A stretch of DNA of 64,000 bases from IMG/VR virus record IMGVR_UViG_3300042691_018174. One strand, given 5' to 3'. Both the position numbers and the translations under genes were made by a program. The notes beneath the pieces were generated by a model. The model saw nothing but the letters and a program-made list of their open reading frames with translations, did no database searches and had not been told where the DNA came from. This DNA is from a virus. Shown here piece by piece: positions 57,075 to 64,000 of the stretch (position 1 is the stretch's first letter; each line of letters begins with the position of its first letter).

Positions 57075-59528
57075 ATGGCAGACGTAACTGGTAATATTGG
57101 TAATGAAAGTGTAAGATTACGGGGCATGGCCCTAGAAGATACCCAATATCGGATGCAACAGGATATTGAGGACTTACTCGACGTCACTAAAGCCATGGCG
57201 CAAAAGCAAGGTGCCAATTTAGGACAGTTAAACGCTCAAACTGGAAGATTAGGACAAGCATTAGCAGGAGCAGCTACAGCTGCCGGCGCAGCTGGTGCGC
57301 AATCTGGTAAGCTAGGTGGATTACTGGCTAAGCTAAATTCTGGCGGAGAAAAATTTAAAAAAGTAATGGATGTAGTTGGTGGTTTGAATAGAATTCTTAG
57401 AAATATGGATTCAAATATCAACGACGCATCCTATACCATGAGAAGTCTAGGTGCCACTATACGTGGTCCTATGGGAAAATTTATTGAATATACTGCAAAT
57501 TCTGTCAGTCAATTAGAAGATCAATTTCAAGTATACAAAAGATTGAGTTCTATGGGTGGTGCAGTTGCAGATGATTTTGATAATTTAAGAGTCAATGCTG
57601 CACGAACTGGTGTGACTATGCAGGAATATGCAGGGTTAGTGGCAGAAAACTACAACAACTTAAGATTGGGTGGTAGAAGTGTTAGAAACACTATGCAAGA
57701 TTTGACTAAAGGTGTAGAATCTTTAATTGAAGATCAAAATATTCCATATATAATGCAGAGATTAGGTATAAGCACTGATCAATACGGTAAAGTGATGTTA
57801 CAACAGACAGCATTGATGGGGGGGTTTAGTAAAGTATATAAAGATCAAGGCAGTAATTTTAATAATTCTCTATTACGTGCAGTTAAGACTACTACATTAT
57901 TATCAGAAGCATTTGGTGCTCAACGTGATCAGATTATGGAAGCATTGAACGAAGCATCTAGAGATGCAATATTTGCCCAGCAATTTGAAAATTTATTACC
58001 AGAACAAAAAGAAGTAAAAAATGCAGTGTTTCAAGCTGTGTCTGCTATGGGGTTGTCACCAGAAGAAGCTAAACAACTTACTATTAGTATGTTGTCAGAT
58101 GTTCCTACTCCGTTTTATACTGAAATGATGGCAGCAGGTGGTGAGCCAATATTAAATTCTATTAGAACTCTTGCTGACAGGATGCAAGCTGATCCTGCTA
58201 ACATAGATAAAATAATGAAGCCAGGTTTTGAAGACTTAAAGAAAAAGTTTCAAGATTATGCTAAAGAGTTTGGAAATGAAGGAGCATTATCTAGATTCTT
58301 TGCTGATCCAAATTCTCCACTAAAGAGAGGTACAGAAGTTTTATTAGGTGGTGCAAGACGATTTGCCACTGAAGGAATCGATGCAATTATTACGTCAACA
58401 CAAAATTATACTGGTGAAAATAAAAAGAACATTGATACACTTTTAGATGTACAAAAACAAAACATCAAACTGGCGATAACAGCAGCTAAAGCTAATGTCG
58501 CGCTCAATGCTTTTGGTCTAACAGCAGCTACCGGAGTACAACTTTTAACTCAAGCATTAGTAGGTAGTACTGGTACAGTAATAGGTGAATTGGGAAATAC
58601 CTCGGAATTCAAAGATTTACAGAATTTGATGAGAGAATATACCAAAACTGGAAATGATACTGTAAATGAACTACAAAAAGATTTAGAAAATTTAATAAGA
58701 ACACAAGTCAATCTAGCAAGATCGGGAGCAAATCCCCCAGCCAGTGGCGGTAACGGAAGTGGTAGTGGCGGAAATAGAACTACCACTGGAGTAGATGCAG
58801 GAACTGCAGAAACTCAGGTACAAGTTAAAACAACTCCTGGTAGAGATGGTAAAGTAGAAACAATGACCATAGGTGAGTTGGATAAAAAAGGTGGACAAGC
58901 GACTGCAGGCGGTCCCACTCCTGTGAGTACGCAGCAGTTAATAGCTGCTATTACTAAAATTACTAGAAATTTTATTCTTACTGCGGTTGATGACCCACAT
59001 CATAGAAGTTCTTCCCCTGGTTCAACTCACACAAAAGGAAATGCGATTGATATCTCTATTCCCGGCGGTACTGCAAGAGATTACGAACAAAGAACTGCAG
59101 AAATACGTTCAATGTTAGAAAATTTTGGTTTAAAAGCAGGCAAAAAACCAGGTGAAGGCGATTTCTATCTACAAGACGAGATGAAAAATCCTAGTCCGGG
59201 ATCAACAGGACCACACATACATTTAGAACTAACAAACCCAAACAGATTCAGCGAACAATTTCAAAGAAGTGTTGATTCTTTAAGATCGAATCAAAATTCA
59301 TCACAAAGCTCAAATGGTTCTAACCAAACTAGCAGCGTCAGCGGAGTATCTTCCACTGCCAGTTCCAATGTGTTGCAGTCGCCTGCAGTGGTAAATAGTA
59401 GTAATAGCCCAAATACAGATACTATACTGTCTCTATCACAAGTGATGGGTGATGTAGCCACTGAAATTAGGACTATGAGAATATCTATACAAAATTTAGA
59501 AACTACAATGGAAAGAGCTGTTTCATAA
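57075..59528 (+). CDS. tape-measure-like protein with C-terminal peptidase M15-like domain
   Basis: Long Ala/Gly-rich helical region; S.HTKGNAID...HIHLE zinc peptidase motif. Confidence 0.65.
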   Translation: MADVTGNIGNESVRLRGMALEDTQYRMQQDIEDLLDVTKAMAQKQGANLGQLNAQTGRLGQALAGAATAAGAAGAQSGKLGGLLAKLNSGGEKFKKVMDVVGGLNRILRNMDSNINDASYTMRSLGATIRGPMGKFIEYTANSVSQLEDQFQVYKRLSSMGGAVADDFDNLRVNAARTGVTMQEYAGLVAENYNNLRLGGRSVRNTMQDLTKGVESLIEDQNIPYIMQRLGISTDQYGKVMLQQTALMGGFSKVYKDQGSNFNNSLLRAVKTTTLLSEAFGAQRDQIMEALNEASRDAIFAQQFENLLPEQKEVKNAVFQAVSAMGLSPEEAKQLTISMLSDVPTPFYTEMMAAGGEPILNSIRTLADRMQADPANIDKIMKPGFEDLKKKFQDYAKEFGNEGALSRFFADPNSPLKRGTEVLLGGARRFATEGIDAIITSTQNYTGENKKNIDTLLDVQKQNIKLAITAAKANVALNAFGLTAATGVQLLTQALVGSTGTVIGELGNTSEFKDLQNLMREYTKTGNDTVNELQKDLENLIRTQVNLARSGANPPASGGNGSGSGGNRTTTGVDAGTAETQVQVKTTPGRDGKVETMTIGELDKKGGQATAGGPTPVSTQQLIAAITKITRNFILTAVDDPHHRSSSPGSTHTKGNAIDISIPGGTARDYEQRTAEIRSMLENFGLKAGKKPGEGDFYLQDEMKNPSPGSTGPHIHLELTNPNRFSEQFQRSVDSLRSNQNSSQSSNGSNQTSSVSGVSSTASSNVLQSPAVVNSSNSPNTDTILSLSQVMGDVATEIRTMRISIQNLETTMERAVS

Positions 59529-59540
59529 AAGGATTATTTA

Positions 59541-61253
59541 ATGAGCTGGAAAAAATATTTCACACCAGTGAAAACTGGAAATTCTGGTACGATGAGTCCT
59601 ATGACTAATACTGGAAATTCTTACAATGCTTTTAGAAGCAACTATAGTAGCTTTTTGCCTGATGTTTATAGTGGTCATCCTAATAGATTAGAAAGATATC
59701 AACAATACAATACCATGGATGCAGACAGCGAAGTTAACGCTGCCCTAGACATTCTAGCTGAATTTTGTACACAAAAAAATAAAGATAATGGTACCTGTTT
59801 TGAAATAAGATACAATGAACAGGCTACTAATACCGAAGTTAAAATTTTAAAAAAATCTTTACAACAATGGTACAAATTAAATCAATTCGATGTTAGAATT
59901 TTTAAGACAATCAGAAATTTATTTAAATTTGGTGATGCTTTCTTTGTTAGAGATCCAGAAACTCAAAAATGGGTTTACATTGATCCTAGCAAAGTAGATA
60001 AAATTATTGTAAATGAAAGTGAAGGTAAAGAACCTGAACAATATGTTATCCGTGATTTAAACATTAATTTACAAGATTTAGTAGTCACACAAATTAATCC
60101 TAATGCTCCTAATGCTACACCAGGAAATGCTGCATATGTTACTGGCGGGGGATTTCAAAGAGGAATGGTCGGTGGATATCCACAACTAACTGGCAGCAGA
60201 TTCAGTAATAGCCAAGATCAAGTAGCTATAGATGCTAATCATGTTGTACATTTAAGTTTAAGTGAAGGATTAGACAGTAATTTTCCTTTTGGAAATAGCC
60301 TGTTAGAGATGTGTTTTAAAGTTTACAAGCAAAAAGAGTTACTTGAAGACGCTATTATTATATATCGTGTAATGAGAGCCCCTGAACGTAGGGTTTTTTA
60401 CGTTGACGTTGGAAATATGCCTAGTCATTTGGCTATGAGTTTCGTAGAAAGAGTTAAAAATGAAGTCAATCAACGTAGAATTCCTAGTGTTACAGGTGGT
60501 GGACAAAGCGTTATAGATAGTGGTTTTAACCCATTATCTATCAATGAAGATTACTTTTTCCCACAAACTGCAGAAGGTCGAGGCAGTAAAGTTGAAGTAC
60601 TTCCTGGAGGTTCAAATCTAGGTGAAATTGAAGATTTACGCTTCTTTACAAACAAATTGTTTAGAGCGTTACGCATACCAAGTAGCTATTTGCCCACAGG
60701 ACCAGATGATTCAAACGCTAGTTTCACTGATGGAAGAGTAGGGACTGCATATATACAAGAGTTAAGATTCAATAATTATTGTGAAAGATTACAAAGTATT
60801 TTCACTGAAACATTTGATTTAGAATTCAAATTATACTTGAAAAGTAATGGAATCAATATTGATCCCAATATTTTTGATCTAAGATTCAACCCACCACAGA
60901 ACTTTGCTGCTTATAGACAAACTGAACTCGATGGACAACGTGTAAGTACTTTCCAAGCAGTTGCAGAGATTCCATATATGAGTAAACGATTTGCTCTAAA
61001 ACGTTTCTTAGGTTTAAGTGCAGAAGAAATGCAAGAGAACGAAATGTTATGGAGACAAGAAAATATTGTGGGAGATACAGGTTCAGCTCAAGCTCCTGGA
61101 CAGGAAATGAGAGGAATTGGTATAACTCCAGGCGGATTACAGCAGGATATGGATTCATTAGAAAGTAATGAAATGAATCCAGAAGAACTACCACCAGGTA
61201 TGGAAGAGCAGCAAACCACTGGCTCTACCCCAGAAACACCGCCGGCACAATAA
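59541..61253 (+). CDS. gp20: portal vertex protein
   Basis: LLEDAIIIYRVMRAPERRVFYVDVGNMP, EDYFFP...GRGS.VE.LPGG.NLGEI.D. Confidence 0.95.
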   Translation: MSWKKYFTPVKTGNSGTMSPMTNTGNSYNAFRSNYSSFLPDVYSGHPNRLERYQQYNTMDADSEVNAALDILAEFCTQKNKDNGTCFEIRYNEQATNTEVKILKKSLQQWYKLNQFDVRIFKTIRNLFKFGDAFFVRDPETQKWVYIDPSKVDKIIVNESEGKEPEQYVIRDLNINLQDLVVTQINPNAPNATPGNAAYVTGGGFQRGMVGGYPQLTGSRFSNSQDQVAIDANHVVHLSLSEGLDSNFPFGNSLLEMCFKVYKQKELLEDAIIIYRVMRAPERRVFYVDVGNMPSHLAMSFVERVKNEVNQRRIPSVTGGGQSVIDSGFNPLSINEDYFFPQTAEGRGSKVEVLPGGSNLGEIEDLRFFTNKLFRALRIPSSYLPTGPDDSNASFTDGRVGTAYIQELRFNNYCERLQSIFTETFDLEFKLYLKSNGINIDPNIFDLRFNPPQNFAAYRQTELDGQRVSTFQAVAEIPYMSKRFALKRFLGLSAEEMQENEMLWRQENIVGDTGSAQAPGQEMRGIGITPGGLQQDMDSLESNEMNPEELPPGMEEQQTTGSTPETPPAQ

Positions 61254-61264
61254 ATAGTATTACT

Positions 61265-61522
61265 ATGTTTTTAAAAGAATTCTTTTATTTTAATAAAGAT
61301 TATAAGAAAGATGATGATCTTGACGGTGATATTATCGAAGATAAACGATATAATCCTGAAGATGATAAGGATGTTCTACGATTGTCAGATACTAGAAAGA
61401 CTAGACTCACACTGAAACAAATCAATCAGATGCGTAAAAACTTTGAAGCACACATGTCAGAAGTTGCTATGGAATCTGAGCTGATACAAGCTCAATATGC
61501 TACTCCAGTTCAACAATCATAA
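61265..61522 (+). CDS. small head-region hypothetical protein
   Basis: 85-aa ORF after ATAAATA (61250-56); DTRKTRLTL.QIN.MRK. Confidence 0.7.
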   Translation: MFLKEFFYFNKDYKKDDDLDGDIIEDKRYNPEDDKDVLRLSDTRKTRLTLKQINQMRKNFEAHMSEVAMESELIQAQYATPVQQS

Positions 61523-61528
61523 ATAAAC

Positions 61529-61571
61529 GTCTAAAAAAATTTGACTTTTTAGACAAAAAGACGTCTTTTTG
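61529..61571. repeat. inverted repeats: 9-bp hairpin and perfect 18-bp palindrome
   Basis: GTCTAAAAA/TTTTTAGAC (61529-54); CAAAAAGACGTCTTTTTG (61554-71). Confidence 0.75.
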
Positions 61572-61647
61572 ACGTATTTCTGCTATAAAAATTATCTACG
61601 CTGTAAATATACTCGACAGCCTTGCCTAATTATAAGGAGACCTTGCA

Positions 61648-62400
61648 ATGCAATCAAAATTTGAACAATTACTAGACTATCTAGTTAATGAAGAAACTGA
61701 CAAAGCCAACGAGCTTTTCCACGAAATTGTAGTGGAGAAAAGCCGACAGATTTATGAAAATCTTCTAGATGAAGAAAATGAAGGACAAGAAGTTGAAGAA
61801 GCCAATGATACTGATGAGGATGATTCAGCTGTTGAAGAAAATTTTGAAGAAGAGAGCGTTTATGAAATCGGTGGTGACGAAACTGATGATTTCGTAAATG
61901 ATGTAAGTGGTATGGGTGACGAAGAAATGCCCGTAGATGGTGAAGAAGGTGAAGATGGTGAAGAAGGTGGCATGGAAGATGACATTTACGACATCAAAAA
62001 CGACCTAGAAGAACTCAAAGCTGAAATTGAGAAATTAGTTGCAGCTACACCAGGTGCAGACTCTCAGGGTGAAGAAGATGAAATGAAAGTTTCTGAAGAA
62101 GACGATGTTCTAAGAGAATATGTTGATAAAGTAGCAGCTCCTAGCAACACTTCAGAAAAAAGCAGCAGCCCTGTAGCAGGTAAAAATGATATGGGCGGCG
62201 TAGCAGTAAAGACTGGTAGTGGATCACCAGAAGCAGGCGGCAAAGTTACAGCCCCAAAAGAAGACAATGCCGGTAACGGTAATGTCCCAGGTGGCAAGAT
62301 GGGAATCAAAAATCTAAGCAAAGTATCCGGTGGACATGGCGCTGAGAAGAAAGGTTCCGGAGACGGCGCTAGCGGCAAAAGCAGCGTAATTGGTAGTTAA
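61648..62400 (+). CDS. acidic prohead core protein (gp67/gp68 position)
   Basis: Very acidic, low-complexity ORF between portal and protease; AAGGAG RBS. Confidence 0.65.
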   Translation: MQSKFEQLLDYLVNEETDKANELFHEIVVEKSRQIYENLLDEENEGQEVEEANDTDEDDSAVEENFEEESVYEIGGDETDDFVNDVSGMGDEEMPVDGEEGEDGEEGGMEDDIYDIKNDLEELKAEIEKLVAATPGADSQGEEDEMKVSEEDDVLREYVDKVAAPSNTSEKSSSPVAGKNDMGGVAVKTGSGSPEAGGKVTAPKEDNAGNGNVPGGKMGIKNLSKVSGGHGAEKKGSGDGASGKSSVIGS

Positions 62401-62414
62401 TTTAGGAACGATCG

Positions 62415-63041
62415 ATGAGCCTTATTTTACGTGAAAACTTATCATTTGACCAAGCTCGATGCATAGTTGAGTCTGATGATGCAGATGGTAAGACCCTTTA
62501 TATGAAGGGAATTTGCATTCAAGGCGGAATCCGAAACGCGAATCAACGAGTATACCCTGTTGATCAAATTGGCAATGCTGTCAAAACATTAGTCGATCAG
62601 ATTAAAAACGGATACAGTGTTTTAGGCGAAGTCGATCATCCAGATGATTTGAAAGTTAATTTGGACCGTGTTAGTCACATGATCACAGATATGTGGATGG
62701 ACGGTCCAAATGGTTACGGTAAATTTAAAATTTTACCAACACCAATGGGAAATTTAGTACGCACTATGCTAGAGTCTGGCGTTAAGCTAGGTGTATCTAG
62801 TAGAGGTAGCGGAAACGTTGACGACAGAAACGGTGAAGTCAGCGATTTTGAGATAATAACAGTTGATGTTGTTGCACAACCAAGTGCTCCAGGAGCATAT
62901 CCTACAGCCATTTATGAACATTTTATGAATTCTAAAGGTGGTTATAGGGCTATACAAATAGCGCATGAGGTTAAAGAGGATCCAAAGGCCCAAAAATATC
63001 TTAAGGAAAATATCCTTAACATTATTCAAGGTCTAAAATAA
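62415..63041 (+). CDS. gp21: prohead protease
   Basis: N.NQRVYP, GEVDHP, RVSH, LPTPMG, GVSSRGSG, D.VAQPSAPGA. Confidence 0.95.
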   Translation: MSLILRENLSFDQARCIVESDDADGKTLYMKGICIQGGIRNANQRVYPVDQIGNAVKTLVDQIKNGYSVLGEVDHPDDLKVNLDRVSHMITDMWMDGPNGYGKFKILPTPMGNLVRTMLESGVKLGVSSRGSGNVDDRNGEVSDFEIITVDVVAQPSAPGAYPTAIYEHFMNSKGGYRAIQIAHEVKEDPKAQKYLKENILNIIQGLK

Positions 63042-63059
63042 GCCCGAGGAGAAAAAGAG

Positions 63060-64000
63060 ATGTTGGACGCATTTAAAAAACTTTTCGAGAGCGGAATGAT
63101 TTCCGAGGAGATCAAAGCCGATATCGAAAATGCTTGGAATACAAAACTCCAAGAAACTCGCGACCAACTTACTGCTGAATTAAGAGAAGAATTCGCACAG
63201 CGATACGAACATGATCGTGGTGTTATGATCGAATCTCTTGATAAAATGGTAAGTGATAAAATGGAAGCAGAAATTGTTGAATTTGTGGAAGATCGTAAAG
63301 GTCTAGCGGAAGCAAAAGCACAATACGAAGCAAAAATGACTAAAGATACTGAACTACTTGAGTCATTTATTCTACAAAATTTAGCAAAAGAATTAGGTGA
63401 GTTTCAAAAGGATAGACAAAAAGTTGCAGAAAACTTTGCAAAGTTAGAAGCATTTGTTGTCGAAGCATTAGCCCAAGAAATTACTGAATTTACAGAAGAT
63501 AAGAAAGATCTTGCAGAAACTAAAGTTCGTTTGGTACAAGAAGCAAAAAATAAATTTGCTGAAATTAAACAAACGTTCATTAAAAAGAGTGCTGCTATTG
63601 TTGAAAACGTTGTTAGCAAAAAACTTAACAGTGAAATTGTACAACTACGTGAAGACATTGACAGTGCTAGACAAAATGACTTTGGACGCAAGATTTATGA
63701 AGCATTCAGTTCAGAATTTATGACTAGTTACGTTAATGAAAAGTCAGCTACTTCCAGACTTTTGAAAATCATTGACAAAAAAGAACTAGAACTTAAAGAA
63801 GCAAAAACTGCATTAGATCAAAAGCAGAAAGTTGTCGAGAGCAAAGAGCGTGAAGCTCGTATTGCTCAAGATTTAATGGAACGCAAAGAAATGATGCAAG
63901 AATTACTAGCTCCGCTCAGTGGTGATAAAAGAGCCGTTATGAATCAACTTTTAGAAAGTGTAAAAACTGAAAAGTTATCATTGGCCTTTGACAAATATCT
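63060..64000 (+). CDS. gp22: prohead scaffolding protein (3' end outside window)
   Basis: Manual translation MLDAFKKLFESGMISEEIKADIENAWN...LREEFAQRYEHD; coiled coil; GAGGAG RBS; follows gp21; no stop seen before window end. Confidence 0.8.
   Translation, partial: MLDAFKKLFESGMISEEIKADIENAWNTKLQETRDQLTAELREEFAQRYEHDRGVMIESLDKMVSDKMEAEIVEFVEDRKGLAEAKAQYEAKMTKDTELLESFILQNLAKELGEFQKDRQKVAENFAKLEAFVVEALAQEITEFTEDKKDLAETKVRLVQEAKNKFAEIKQTFIKKSAAIVENVVSKKLNSEIVQLREDIDSARQNDFGRKIYEAFSSEFMTSYVNEKSATSRLLKIIDKKELELKEAKTALDQKQKVVESKEREARIAQDLMERKEMMQELLAPLSGDKRAVMNQLLESVKTEKLSLAFDKY

Noticed and set aside
452-63723. Numerous 60-180 aa antisense or alternate-frame ORFs in the track (e.g. 7073-7615, 10760-11122, 28890-29297, 43255-43650, 62064-62378)
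   Set aside because: Nested within well-supported genes on the other strand or frame; shadow ORFs without RBS or motifs
1-64000. Stop-codon reassignment
   Set aside because: Standard code gives full-length, densely packed genes including a 4767-aa ORF

Overview
AT-rich segment of a large T4-like (gp55-dependent) myophage genome; no tRNA, CRISPR array or transposase was seen. Left arm (+, 1-12.5 kb): a nucleotide/base-modification cluster (folE fragment, MBD4-like glycosylase, cupin, phosphoribosyltransferase, HIT, queE), T4-type RNase H, a MoxR-type AAA+/VWA-peptidase pair with consensus sigma70 promoters, and DHFR + thymidylate synthase. Middle (-, 12.5-50.6 kb): a tail/baseplate module with four paralogous fibre proteins, a 2OG-Fe(II) oxygenase, a subtilisin, a 4767-aa baseplate protein, and gp6-, gp25-, gp5-, hub- and gp53-like genes. 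Right: gp55 late sigma, gp47/gp46, an Hc1-like basic protein, a GIY-YIG nuclease followed by a ~460-nt densely structured non-coding region, a gp26-like chaperone pair joined by an apparent -1 frameshift, a tape-measure-like protein with an M15 peptidase motif, portal gp20, prohead core, protease gp21 and scaffold gp22 (truncated). Best leads: (1) the GIY-YIG-linked structured RNA, with DNA-type triloop hairpins at its end; (2) a possibly DpdA-independent 7-deazaguanine pathway containing a PRTase and an MBD4-like glycosylase; (3) the G/GT-style frameshift; (4) overlapping late and sigma70 promoters at gp55. All family assignments come from motifs recognised by eye, not from database searches.
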